A stretch of DNA of 64,000 nt from Trichinella spiralis (lineage: Eukaryota), in assembly GCF_000181795.1 (NCBI RefSeq), contig NW_003526940.1, positions 3,281,320 to 3,345,319 on the forward strand. Reading direction: 5' to 3'. Both the position numbers and the translations under genes were made by a program. The notes below the pieces were generated by a model. The model was not told the origin of the DNA. It worked only from the letters and a program-made list of their open reading frames with translations, and did not search any database. This document shows positions 14,347-30,100 of this stretch, piece after piece (position 1 is the stretch's first letter; each line of letters opens with the position of its first letter).

Positions 14347-14764
14347 ATGCGAATACCAAAATTAAGACTGTTGGGTAAGCTGGCCGATAATTTTATTTTA
14401 GTACATAGGTATCGTTTATAGTGAATAAGAATGTGAAATGGTTATGGGAAAATCATCCCGAAATTCTCATATCAGGTGTAGCAGCTGTAATGTGTAAGTT
14501 ATTTCTTAATAAGTGCTGTTTTGTATGAATTTGGGGAATAAATGAGATCTTGAAATTTCAGCTTTTGGCCCTGCTTTATATTTTTTTGTTTACAAACAGT
14601 GGTACTTGCGCGGTATTGTATCATGGTATAAATCAACATACACTGTTTGGAGACCAGATAATTCTCATGTAGATTACATGCGAAATCCGAATGACTATCC
14701 ACCACCTTATTTGACTGTTCGTGATAATTACCGATTTTTTAATGCAGACAAAGACTACGAATGA
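14347..14764 (+). CDS. 100-aa single-pass membrane protein, probable complex I subunit NDUFA3-like (invertebrate type)
   Basis: Exons 14347-14374, 14422-14493, 14562-14764; GT-AG introns, phases consistent, 303 nt. Protein: MRIPKLRLLVNKNVKWLWENHPEILISGVAAVMSFGPALYFFVYKQWYLRGIVSWYKSTYTVWRPDNSHVDYMRNPNDYPPPYLTVRDNYRFFNADKDYE. Family call rests on recalled motif resemblance. Confidence 0.7.
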
Positions 14765-15761
14765 ACGTTATTTTTTTAACCGACAAGTGAAGCTGCTGTT
14801 TTTGGTCGAATTTAATTGATTACATATTTAACAGGAACAAAACTATTTGCCCTATCACAATTTTCTTTTGTATGTTGATTGGGAAAACTGACCCTTTGAT
14901 TCTTTTCAGTTAAAATATTTTTGTTATTAAACGTTTCTGTAGTGGTTTTAATTATGAGTTTTATTTTTGAATTGTCTACTTTGAATAAAAGTGTTTGAGT
15001 TCATCTTTATTTTTCCAATTTAATGCAGCTGTCGTTTTTAGTGCTTGTTTATTTGATTTGTTGAATGTTTTTATGCTATGGATATTAGGTTCAATTATGG
15101 ATCTGATGTTATTAAATATTAGAAGACGTTTTATAAGGTTTATATATTTATTTATTTACTAGATTTTGTATTGCATTTTACTGATTAAATGTTTTGCATG
15201 TGAGGAAGAAATTAGAAAAGGATGAACCTTTAAAAATTCGGGTAATCGATGCAAGTGTATTGATGATGACGATGAAAATGTCAATGAAAAGTTACGAAGA
15301 AAAAAATATTTTAATTATTCGTTTATTTGCTGAAAACGACTTGAACAAATATAGTTTTGTATCTGTTTCGAAGGGAAATTTTTTCAAGTTGTTGTACTAC
15401 AAGTGTTTACCATGTTGAACTTTTGCATTATTTTATTATATTACTGGGGAGTGGAATTATATTAATGCGGAAGAGCAATGGATAAATTTGAAAATGTTGC
15501 TATGTTAGCCAGTGATAGAAACAAGCTTATTGCTTAATATTAGCACGTAGTAAACAGTTTACTACGTTTCAAAAACTTTTACATTCACTGATACATCATG
15601 CGCACATCAACTAAAAATTTTAATCTAAGATATATTTCCTAGGATTACTGAAATTTAACTAAAATTCACTTCTTAAGATATTGAATAGAAGTTTGTCTTA
15701 TATATACTGTATTTTTAATTTGAACGTACTTTTCAAACGGGTACAGTAAAATATATAAATA

Positions 15762-17892
15762 ATGTTGAAGGTTGTTGCAGCCAAGGAAAAGAGTATGAAG
15801 GAAGTAGGTGTTATGGAAAGCATTCCAACGTTTAAAATATGTGGAAATAATGTCAAAATCATCGAAAGTCCTGCTCAATTTTATGAACAATTGATAGTAC
15901 AGTCTTATTTTGATCTTTTATATTCTGCAAAATAAATTTTTAGGTTTTAGTGTCACAATCTCGCTACAGAGTCACATTATGTTCGCTATACATTGGAACT
16001 GGAGAAATGGAAAGAGATTTAGTTATATAAAAGTCATCTAATTGTGAAAGAGCACTGTTTAAATTGTATGCTTTAGATTGCTTCTTTGCGAAAAGCTATG
16101 AGTGCGAACGAATCTCTTAAAGTTGACATATTGTTAGACTTCAATCGAGCAAGAAGAGGAAATGAAAATTCATGTACAATGCTTTCAAGCTTAAAACATG
16201 ACTACGATTATCGAGTAAATGTTGCTTTATTTCATTCACCACTGCTTCGTGGACCTTTGAAGAAACTTTTATCCGAACGAGTGAACGAAATACTTGGTGT
16301 GCAACATATGAAAGTTTATCTGTTTGATAACTTTGTCCTTATTAGTGGGTATACTTTATTTTGGTTATTTATATTGTTATTTATAAGTTTTCTAAAGTAA
16401 TTAACATTCTTACACAAAAACTGAATGATATAATTTTTGAAACTATATTTGTGTTAAAATGCGGAATTAGGATTGTTTAAATTTTTACAAATAAAAGTAG
16501 TGCTTACAATAGGGCAAATCTGAGCCATGATTATTTTACAAAAAGACAAGATCGTTACATTTTGATCGAAAGTGCAGATTTGGCGAATTTTTATTTTGAT
16601 CTCATTCGTGCTGTCTCGGAACTCTCTTTTCAGTTGAATAGTGACAGTGAAGTTATTCTTTCTCCTAGCTGCTGTCATCATCCATTTTCAGGTATGAATT
16701 CTGCACTGATAAATTTTTGTTAATATTATTGAAGCAAATTATTTTATGTTCGATGCTGTACTAATGAGCATTTGTTTCTTTTGTAGTATATCGCTTGTTA
16801 TTATAATGGCCGTTATCTATAAATTCATACTTTTCAAATTAATTTCATTCTTCATTCATCAACTAGTTGTGTGAAGAGTACTGAAATTGAATTTTATGAA
16901 AAAAGAGAATTTAATGTTTTAATTAAATTATATATTTTTTATTAAAGGAAGCCGTTCGAGGTATTGTCAATTTTTGAATGCTAAACTACAGGCAGTACTG
17001 TCGAAATGGTCGCAGTTGCAATCATTGACCGCTGATGAAGATGAAGATACAATTGTAATGCCCGTTGTTCAGTTTGGTGCAATTGGACTGTTTGCAGATC
17101 GAGAGATCATCAATCTAATAATCAATAATCCAAGTTCGAGCGAATTGTTCATGGCTACTGGCTATTTTAATTTAGCGCCATGTTACGTCAATGCATTATT
17201 TGAAAGTGAAAAGTCATGCAACTTGATGATCGCTTCTCCTGAAGTGAGTAAATATTTTGAAGACAAAATTGAATTTTGAAATAAAAAGGTAATATTTAAT
17301 TATTAATTAATAATTATTCGAGTGATAATTATTAAAGAATTTAATGTTAATCAGTTTTTATTTTTTGAATTTTTACTTTTTAATCATTCTTCTTGCAGGC
17401 GAATGGATTTCATGGAGCTGAAGGATTTTCAGGCTACGTTCCTGATGTATACAAAAATTTTGCTGAATCATTTTATCGCCGCATGATTAACAAGCAAGTT
17501 TTGAACAGATTGCAGCTATTCGAATATAAACGTGATGATTGGACATTTCATGCGAAGGGCATTTGGCTAAAGACATATTCCGATAATAAAGTGAACGCTT
17601 CAGTGATAGGATCCACAAATTTTGGTAAATATAATTTGTCACTGCATTCCGTTTTATTGTACATTTTGCAGTTTAATAATTTATTTAAGGTTATCGATCA
17701 TTGAACCGAGATTTAGAAACACAAATAGTCCTTTTTACAGAAAATGAACAACTGAAAGATCAGCTTACAAAGGAATGTGATATGCTCTTTTATTATTGCT
17801 CGGCATTTAAAAGACCTCTTACTACGTATGGCCATCGTCAGGTGCCGTTGTTTGTATCATTTATTAGCAGATGGCTTAGAAGTTTTCTTTGA
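15762..17892 (+). CDS. PGS1: CDP-diacylglycerol--glycerol-3-phosphate 3-phosphatidyltransferase, mitochondrial (PLD superfamily), multi-exon
   Basis: Spliced motifs SPAQFYEQL, SLYIGTG, LLDFNRARRG, GVQHMKVYLFDN..ISGANLSHDYFTKRQDRY, TGYFN, ASPEANGFHGA, WTFHAKGIW..IGSTNFGYRSLNRDLE; stop at 17890-17892. Confidence 0.93.
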
Positions 17893-18588
17893 TTTCAAAA
17901 TGAATTTTTTGAAATTTACTGCATGATTTTATTTTCTTGTTTACGTTAAAAGCTTATGCGGTTGGCTTTCAGCATTTGTGGATTTGGATGTGACAGGGTA
18001 GCTGATATTATTGCAAGAAGCAGAGTATAATGAAAATTCTAGTTCTTTATCCAGCCGTCGATGACCATTAACCTATCAACGTACACAACGAACAAGAACA
18101 CGCCGATTGGTACACGAAGGACAAGACTGTTATACACTCAATCAAACGAATAAAAAAAACAAATATGGGATAAATACTTTACATAAAAATCGGTAGACGG
18201 TCTGTGATATTCCTTGCAGTTTTCAGGTAATTGTGTAAGAATATGAAGCAAAAGTGGAGCGTATGAATTGAAGCGGCAAGTATTCACGGTATCGCCGGAA
18301 CGCACATATTGCCTTGAATTTATTTAATACTGCACGGTTAATAAGCAAATATGTTTATTTTTTAAATTGGAAAGTTGTTTTTTAATTAGTGGGATTAATT
18401 CAATGAAAATGCGTATGCATAAAATGTTAATTCAATTTGTGATCATTAGAAAAAATTCCGCGTTGTGGTATAGTGAAGTAAAATACAGCGTTGCTCATAA
18501 AAATTACATCCTTATCAAAATCAAATGCATTTGAATTGATCATTTACAGTATCTTATTTTTTAATTAAAATTTATCATTTTGCAAATA

Positions 18589-19398
18589 CAGTCGAACTTG
18601 GTTGAGTGAACATGGAATTTGGCAACAATTTTTCCATTAACGTATCCAAAGTTGGAAATTATGCAGAGTAACTGAAAGGAGCAATAACTTCACATTTACA
18701 AATAGGTTTAACCCTCATCCGGGTGGCAAATTTTGCACCTTAATTTGGGCACCTGTCTACATATGTAGACACTAGAAGATAATTTGACGAACATATTATT
18801 TATTTTATTTAATGCAAGCGCTACACGATATTTTAGTGATTTTATAGCTACTACATATATACAGCACTGTTCCAAGTATCGTTTGCCTACATATGTAGAC
18901 AGGTGCCCGGATTAGGGTTAATGCGAGAAAATGTCCGTTTATCTTAAGTAAAATGTCAGAAATGTAGGTTTGAATTCTATTTTGTGGTCAGTGTTACTAG
19001 CTGATGTTCAATTCAGTCTAGAATTGTCTGAATTATGCTGTATTCGTGAAAGTATGACCGAATTGTCACCAGATCTTTACAGCTTCCTTGTGAGTAACTT
19101 CCTTGGAAAAGAGTAGTTGTTTTAACTTCGAACTAGCTCACTTTGTCTGTGATACGCGTGCTTATTTTAATATAGCGATCAATAAACGTTGCAAACTATC
19201 AATAGTTGTTATAACTGATGATAAACGTAAAGCGGCCAGGAATGAGTCTATTGTGCATGTAAGGACTATATTTCGAACAGTGAAAACTGTGGAACTCAGC
19301 AGAACGATGCATTTAACCTAGTTGTGCACTTATCCATTATTTTACTGTACAGTGAATTTTGTTAGGCCAGAATCTTGTGCACTTAACAAGTTGGATTG
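18589..19398. mobile_element. Probable pogo/Tigger-like non-autonomous element hosting the piggyBac MITE
   Basis: TA followed by CAGTCGAACTTGGTTGAGTGAACA; degenerate inverted end TGTGCACTTAACAAGTTGGATTG at 19376-19398. Confidence 0.45.
18712..18917. mobile_element. piggyBac-type MITE (206 bp)
   Basis: TTAA target duplications at 18708-18711 and 18918-18921; ends CCCTCATCCGGG / CCCGGATTAGGG; palindromes TGTCTACATATGTAGACA (18754-18771) and TGCCTACATATGTAGACA (18884-18901). Confidence 0.85.
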
Positions 19399-19605
19399 CA
19401 CCAAATTTGTTTTCATTTGAAAATGTTGCAGTTCATTAAAATGAATTTTATTTAAAAAGCATTTGGAAGTGGATGTTATCGAATCTTTTACAAATTAAAT
19501 AAGTAATTGTTATTTATTCGATTGGGTGAATTGAAGAAATAAAATTTATATATTAGAAATAGGTAAACGTAGCTTCATAACAATTCATGCAGAGACGATT
19601 AACAA

Positions 19606-19678
19606 GCCTGCGTAGCTCAGTCGGTAGAGCGTTAGGCTTTTAACCTAAATGTCCAGGGTTCGACCCCCTGCGCAGGCG
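19606..19678 (+). tRNA. tRNA-Lys (anticodon TTT)
   Basis: Acceptor stem GCCTGCG/CGCAGGC; D arm GCTC/GAGC; anticodon arm TTAGG-CTTTTAA-CCTAA; T arm CAGGG-TTCGACC-CCCTG; T5 pol III terminator just downstream. Confidence 0.96.
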
Positions 19679-19968
19679 TGGCATTTTTACCAACATCTCA
19701 CAGTTGTTACAGGACATAATGTACGTTTCAAATAAATTTTAAACGCTGTTTTAATATTGAAAAAAAAGTAAAATTCAGACTGATATGTACTGAATTTTTT
19801 TAATAAATACATCTTCCTCGGCAATGTCAGGTGTTGACATAAGTGCTACAATGCTAGTTGTTAAACTGATAAGAAATTCCAACCATATCAATAAAAATGC
19901 GGACAAAAACACTGTATGTTTGATTTTATGGAATTTATTTTCCATGAAAACAACAGAAAAGCATTCAA

Positions 19969-22409
<2,441 letters not shown>

Positions 22410-23167
22410 GCTGCTTTAATGAACACTAAACAAAAAAAGGGAAAATGATTTTTTTATTGTACTGTTTTGTAAATACTTTCACACTGCATTTATATCATAC
22501 AACAGTTGAACGGTACTTTGAAATGCCTTAAAAATGCAGCAAAAAATATAACAAAATAACTTTAATAAACTAAATCCAACATAAATCATAAATTGAAATT
22601 ATGAAATTAAATCATAAATTACAAATCCATAACAGAATATAAATTTAAAAGAAACATTAAGATGTAAAATGTCAATATCCCAGTATCACAAGCTTGAAAA
22701 AACAAACATTAGCACATACTAAATAATACAAAATTTTATAAGTGAATAGAATAAACGGTGACGCTTTCTTTTTTGTATGAAATATAAATGAAATGCAAAA
22801 AATAAAAAAGAATATCAAGTTGAATATTTACTGATAACAATGGCTAAGAAAACAAAATTCAAAGTGCTTCATCAATTAAAAATTATATTTTATAAATAAA
22901 TCAATAATAACAAAAGATACCTGTAATAATGATAGCTAAAAGTTTCAAAACGAATCAATTCCTATGAATTCTAGTTGTCATACAGTAATCAACAGTAGCA
23001 AAATGCGAACAATCAGGTTATAATGATGTATTTCAATACAGTTATAATAATTTGAGAACGGTAAATATTTATACAATAATAATCATGTGAAAATATGAAA
23101 ATGTAAAAAAAATATTCCTTCTTCATGGAGGATTCCGATACCATGCTGTCAGTGTGATTGTGTATTA

Positions 23168-23483
23168 TGTAACGGACGCGGACCGAGCTAACGACATTAT
23201 TTCTGCAGAAAACGAAGCGGAGGAAAGGTGAAGCTACTGTATGAAGAATTGGACATGAAGATCAGAGGCGGGGTACGATAGTACTTGTTTACGTGTGTGT
23301 GTGCGTGTGTGTGTGTGTGTGTGTGTGGCAGTTGGCGAGTTGCCAGATAAGCTTTCGGTATTACATCGTTGTCGGTCCTTGCTTTTGATTGTTAATAAAG
23401 AATATACTCATTGTTTGTTGTTTGATTGTCGCAATGCCATCAGGAAAGCGTGAGACAGAAAGGAAAGGAAACGCGCCTAGACA
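23168..23483 (+). mobile_element. Truncated solo LTR of the same family as 63440-63812; contains (GT)n at ~23293-23326
   Basis: Starts TGTAACGG; homologous to the reverse complement of 63812-63530 (gaagctac.gtatgaagaat; gtcgcaatgccatcaggaaagcg). Confidence 0.7.
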
Positions 23484-24296
23484 TAACTCATCAGATATAA
23501 GTCATAATGAGCGGTTGCTTAACCATGTTGAACATTCACTGCGTACAGTCAGTAATAATTATAATTAAACCATGCAAAAAGCATAGAAAATTAAGTTAGT
23601 TTTTTTACATTTCAAAGCATTTTTTGATTTATTTAAGTAAATAAATGACTGAGCAATGCAATTTTATATTATAATTATATTAAAAATTATATTATATGTA
23701 TAATTGCTACATAATACGTGCATACAATTACAACGTATGACTAAGCATGCAAAATTAATTTTGTCGTTGCAAATTTTTGCGCAAAAAGTAATAAAATTAT
23801 TAGAGCACATTTCACGATCTAATGTGATATTGTACATCACTTTTATGAATAAGATGTCGCTGAATTAAAAATAGAAAATTAATTTTCTCTGCATTAAAGG
23901 TATTGATTTAAAGTACTGTATAGTAACAATGATTGAGGACCTCTAGATTAGAAGTTTCATGATTGACTTTTATAAATTTGCCTATATATGCAAATAAAGC
24001 ATGGAAATTTCAACCAGTAGTTTTAAATTAAATTCACTTTATATTTAATTTGGCTCTTCAATAATCATATCAAAAAAGCAATTGCTATTTATAAATGCTG
24101 CTGATGTAATGCTTGATTTAATGCCATGCATTAAATGAAAATAAGTGTTTTCCTTGTTTCATCAAAATCAAAACAATAAATTGCTCATTATAACAGTTTT
24201 TAAATATATTAAGCAACATTTGCATGCATATTGAAAATATTGTTTTTGATGATGATTAATTTTTTAAATAAAATCTGTTACATTTTTACTTTAACA

Positions 24297-24545
24297 CAGT
24301 GATCCTCAACTTTTTTTTTCATACACTTTTTTCTTCACTGCTTGCCGAACGTCATTGCTTCCTTCTTTGCAGACTGTTTGGCTCATTTAACAACATTTAC
24401 GTCAATTATTTTCGTAGTGGAGTTTTTCATCTCAATGGACAATAACGTCCAGTAGAATGCCGAGGTCATCCATTCTGAATCTGCAAGTCTGAAGACGGAA
24501 TTCCCTTCTGAAATCTGAAAATTCCCCACCGGTTGAGAATCCCTG
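24297..24545. mobile_element. hAT (Charlie-like) MITE, 249 bp
   Basis: TIRs CAGTGATCCTCAAC / GTTGAGAATCCCTG; perfect 8-bp TSD CTTTAACA at 24289-24296 and 24546-24553. Confidence 0.88.
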
Positions 24546-24988
24546 CTTTAACACATAGTTGTTAATTATTTGGTTGTTGCAAATTCATTAAATAAAGATT
24601 AATTATTCGTTAATGATTCATAATGTTAATATTTCATTTAATTGAGTTGATTAAAGAAATGCTACAGATGTTAAAATTAAATGAAGCGAAATAAAGATTA
24701 AGAGTAAAATGTTGCAAACATCATCGTAAAAGTGCATATAATAAAGTTTATTGATAGAAATAAACAGCTAATCATAAATAAATTTGCTGGAATTGGTGTG
24801 AGGTAATTATTAAAATTGATTTTGTTGACATTATTAGTGAACTAAATTTCAATTTTTTTCAAATTTTATTAATAAGGACTTCTGATCATTCATGTTGCAA
24901 TTATGGTGCAGAATAAATAAAGCAACTAGAAGCAATTGTTGATGATATTCAAAATGAAATTCACAGACAGTAAACAGCAATACATACA

Positions 24989-26361
24989 ATGCATAATAAT
25001 TCTGACATAGAATCCAACGAATTGCTCGAATTGGAGTATGTCTTTCTACTTTTTGGCATTTTTGCAATAATTACTAACACTCTGTGGGCTATTTTGATGA
25101 TAAAGAAAAAGGAAAGCAGTCGAATAAAAAGTTATTACATTGGTAAGACACTTGATGAAAAAAGTAATATTTGTCATATTAATCGTACAATTACAAGAAG
25201 AGTACTTTAAAAGCTGTTTTGATTGAAAAATATTTAAAATAAACTGTGTAAAGTAAATTTTAATGATGACAACATTTTTTTCTTTAAAATTATTTTTTTA
25301 ACAATCTATGAAGTCTGTAAATACAGTTTGTTGTGCTTTGAAACGTTAGGAAACATTCCATGCATGATATTATCGAGCAATTCTTTCTGAACTGTTAAAA
25401 TAATAATACATAATTACTGTAAAACAAAAATTTTAAACAGTTATGATAATCATAACAGCATATTTTAGTAACTTATTTATCAATAGTTGCTCTTGAAAAA
25501 ACAGTTACTTTTTTGAAAGGTTTCGCCATCTGTGCTGGCGTGAATGCTATCGCAAATGTAATTGAATTTTCAAGAGCGTTGATGTACAGAGAAAGTAAAA
25601 TTATGGTAACGTCAATTTATTGCATTTTTTACGCAGTGCATCCGACGATGTACATTTTTGCGGATATCGGAATTGTCCAAATCATGTTCTCCATGTCCAT
25701 CGATTGCTTCGTAACTGTTGCTACGATAAACAATAAACGATGGATCAAGTCATACATCACTTTACAAATTTTAGGTTTCGTCGTTAATTTTTCACTGGTT
25801 CTTCTCAGCACTGCATTCATCTGGTACACCGCAATATCCATAAAGGAACCAACTGTCCGAATTACATGCTATCTAAATGAAGTATTGGATTCAAAATGTA
25901 TCACGTTTTATGCAGTCACCAGTAATTTGTTCAGTTTTATAACTATGATAGTTTTAATATGGACGCTGGTCAAAGTTCAAAGGAAAATTTCTCTTCCTGC
26001 CACGTCTAGACTGATGATTCAATTGAAAATTCATTCGAAGAACATTAGAAGTCTTCTAGTTTTGGCGTTTCTTACATCTTTCCTGCTGTTCATTCCATTA
26101 ATTTTTATGATATTGCATAAAACAGGAAATATTACTCCCAATATGGAAGACATATCTTGGTTATTGCAACTTGCTCTTTACGCACTACACGCGTTTTATC
26201 GAATCCTCTCTTCAAACCAAATTATTCACCTGCTGAAAAAGCACTGCAACAACAGAATCAAAATTCTCAATTTATTTTCAAATTTCGCCATCTGCCAAAA
26301 TAAGAGAAATAGAACTGCTTGTGAACAAGTTCAAAATATTGATAACACTCAAAAGCACTGA
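24989..26361 (+). CDS. Seven-transmembrane receptor (nematode serpentine/Srsx-like), 331 aa
   Basis: Exons 24989-25142 and 25520-26361, phase-1 GT-AG intron; about seven hydrophobic segments; TM1 FGIFAIITN; SMSIDC at the DRY-equivalent position. Family assignment tentative. Confidence 0.75.
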
Positions 26362-27164
26362 ATGTCATTTTCGTATACGTATTCATTTCATTTCATTCTT
26401 AACGATCCCTTTATAAAAAACATCTTTTCAACAACATATTTTATGCAATCTCTTCTAAATTTCGACAATTCCCGTCTGGTTGGTCTAACCAACAGACTCG
26501 GCGTGGTCTCAAATATCTGGTAATAAATATGAGCCATAAACAACACAAAACATTCAAAAGAACCCCTAAAACCAGAGAAAACTGAAACTAACTTTCTCTC
26601 TTCTCCAAATATCCCAAGTAGTCTTACTGTGAAAAATAAACTCATACACCCTATTTGTCTTTATTTACATTTGAACTGGAAACTTCATCAACTTAATACA
26701 GACCACTAAACTACAAAACAAGACTCAAATTCCATGAAATAATTTTTCAACATGTTTCAGCCTTCCGAGTCATCGACCTCTAGATAACAAACGCACAGAA
26801 AACGGCATATTAACGTGCACATTTAGAATACCAAACAAAAGTCAACATTTACATACGATCCTGAAAAAAGAATCGTGGAACACTGGCTCAACGGCCTCCA
26901 ACAGCTCTGCACCACTCGAGCAACTGATCCGGACGCCATCGAATGCACCAGAAAGAGTGAAGAAATCCTTCTTCGATTCTCGTCAAACCGAGCTCAGTAA
27001 CGTACCTGCAGTCAGCAGGCCAAAGGCAGTCTCCAAATGCACGCACTGTTAGATGAAATCCCCAAAGTGGAAGATCGAGCGAATTGCTGAAAACTGCTAA
27101 GCGGCAACCATCGAAGACAACAACATCTTGACATACTGTGGAACGCACTCCACATCCCAAAATT

Positions 27165-30100
27165 ATCAACATCAACGGTAAATGGTCTTCCCAATCTGCA
27201 TCTTTGACCATATAAGTGCGGAATAGCTGTAATAAGGTTCGATTTGCCCGCTCGACCAGCCCGTCGCTTTGTGGATGATATGGGGTCGTGCGGGTCTTTT
27301 TAATGCCAAAGCTGTTCAGTAGCAGGCGTAATGTCTCACTTTCGAATGTGGCGCCTTGATCTGAATGAAGGACTTCCGGTATGCCAAAGCGGCAGAAGAC
27401 TACTGTTATGTTACTGCCAAGCCGACTGTCGTCGCCGTCTGATCTTTCATTGGTAGGGCTTCCAGCCACTTTGTGAATGAGTCCTGTAATACTAATAGGT
27501 ATTTGTTGCCATGGCGAGACATGGGAATTTCCAGTATATCGATGGATACGCGTTCCCAAGGACGTCCGATTGGGAACGGTTATAGTGGCGCTAGCGTAGG
27601 GGCAGGCGGTTATGACTGCTGGCATTTGTCGCAAGTACGACAGTATTCTGCGATGTCTTTTGCCATATTTGGTCAGTATGCGACGGATCCGAGTCGTGCC
27701 AAAGTTTTGCTGACACCAAAATGACCTGCGGCCGGTGCGTCATGAACCGCGTACAAAAATCACTGTCGCAGAGACGTAGGGATTAAGATGACTTCGGCTG
27801 TTTCTGTTGCATATCGTGGTTTAACTGTACGTACAATTACACCATTATTTAAATGCAACTGATGACGTACTTGTCGAAGTCTTCGATGAGCTTCTAGCGT
27901 GCTAGGAAAAGGCAAATCATTTTTCAATGCTTCTGCAATAGCGCGTAACGCAGGGCCCCGTTGTTGCTCTTGGCGGATTACATTCATGGGTATATCAGGC
28001 TAGATTGCCAGTGCGCAAAGGTTGACTGTGCTTCTGGATAGCGCGTCAGCGTTTCCATTGCTCGATCCTGGGCGGTATTTAATGTCGTAGTCGTACTCCT
28101 GTAGACTGAGAGCCCATCTGGCTAGCCGTCCGTCCATTTTTTGCGCTGCGAGCCACTGCAGTGGTGTGTGGTCTGACAGTATGGTAAAAGAACGGCCTAA
28201 TAAATAATGACGGAAGGTTTTCAAGGCGAAGATGATTGCTAAGCATTCTTTTTCAATAGCGCTGTAGTTTCTTTCGCTTTTCCTCAAACTTCTGCTGGCA
28301 AAAGCAATAACTCGACCGCGCTGTTCCAAAATTGCATCCAGGCCCGTACCACTGGCGTCAGTGGTTACCTGGAATGAGTCAGCAAAATTCGGGGCGCACA
28401 ATGTTGGGGCAGACGTAAGGCAGTTTTTGAGGCAATCAAAGGCTGCCTGGCTGTTCTCTGTCCAGATAAACGGAGCATCGTCTTTCAGTAATTCATACAA
28501 TGGCGCGGCGATGGTGGCGTAGGATTCCATGAAACGTCGGTAATATGAAGTTAGCCCAAGAAAACGTTTCAGCGACGTTTTATCTGCAGGGACTGCTATG
28601 ACTTTACAGCGGCGGTTTTTGACGGCCATGGAACTATGCCCTTTGCAGAAAAAACATGTCCCAAGTAGCGAACTTCGCTGACTCCAATTTCGCACTTTGA
28701 CCCTTTCAGCGTGAGGCCAGCATTGCGCAGTTGTGTAAAGACAGCCTCCAGGTGTGTTCCATGGGTAGTACTATCGGAAGAAAATATAATAATATCATCC
28801 AGGTATGCTACAGCAAAGGGAAGGTCTTTTAGCAGAAAATCCATTGCACGCTGGAAGGTGCTCGGAGCCCCAGTGAGGCCAAAAGGCATCCGTGTAAATT
28901 GGAACAGACCCATACCTGGTCCTGGCGAGAAAGCTGTTTTCTCTTTATCGTTCACATTGACGGGAATTTGCCAAAATCCACTCTGCATGTCTAAAGTTAA
29001 AAATACCGCAGCGCCTCTTACCTTATCGAAAATATCGTCTGGCAGAGGCTAAAGATAGGCGTCCTTTCGTGTTTTCTTGTTCAATTCGCGGTAATCTACA
29101 CATATCCTCACCTCCAGATTTCTTCGGTGTATACACCGCCGGAGCCATCCGATGGCTATTGCTAGGTTCAATAATGCCTTGTTCGAGCATTTCTTGCAGT
29201 TGTTTCTCTATGTCCGCTCGAAAAGCTTCTGGAACACGTCTTGGCGGAACTTTTACCGGTGATCCAACGGTCCAGATTCGATGTTCAATGACGCTGGTTA
29301 ACCCGGGGGTCGTTCGAAAGATATTTTTGAAGGAAGATACGATGTGTAGCGCCGTCAGGCGCTCGATTCATCCGCACCATTTATTATGTAGAGAGTTTAT
29401 TATAAACAACGGGATACAAGAAATTATACAAAATAGCTATATTACAAGTGTTCAACAAACCGGGACGCGCACGTCGTATATCTGCTGCCGATGCACCACC
29501 TTGACCTATTTATTTTCGCGCCGGTCGCCCTACAAAAGGGTGAACGTGATACGCAGGTGCAATTTCGTCGTCGCCGTCACAGATGTTTTGGTATGTTTCT
29601 GCGCAGCTGGGTAGATCCAGATGCTGGGACTGTCGTCTTGAGTTTGGTATGGCACATATGCGAGCCTCGTCGTCGTGGTCAGAATTTTTATTGTCTGATT
29701 CATTTCCCACTCCGCATGATTGCGCTGGGTTGTCTGCGAGTATGTGAATTTCGCCAAGTGACGGGCCAAAAATTTTGCGTCCACCTAGATCTATGCAAAT
29801 GCCATACTTGGTCTTGAAGTCAGTACCTAAGATAACATCAGTGAGTAGAGAGTCCATGACAACGAAATGATGTCGACCATCGAAGGAACCAAGTTGTAAT
29901 GGTAATGTTACTGAATTCCGGGGATTCACATCTTCACCGGATGCCGTTAGCAAAACAACGTCACAAGCAGAAACATTTTTGTCGCAGTTAGTCAGGGATA
30001 GTAGGATTTTGCAGATCAAGCTGATAGTGGAACCAGAGTCGAATAAAATTCTTGCTCTGTATCCACCTGCAACGCTGTAACAGTTGCAAGCAGGACCATT

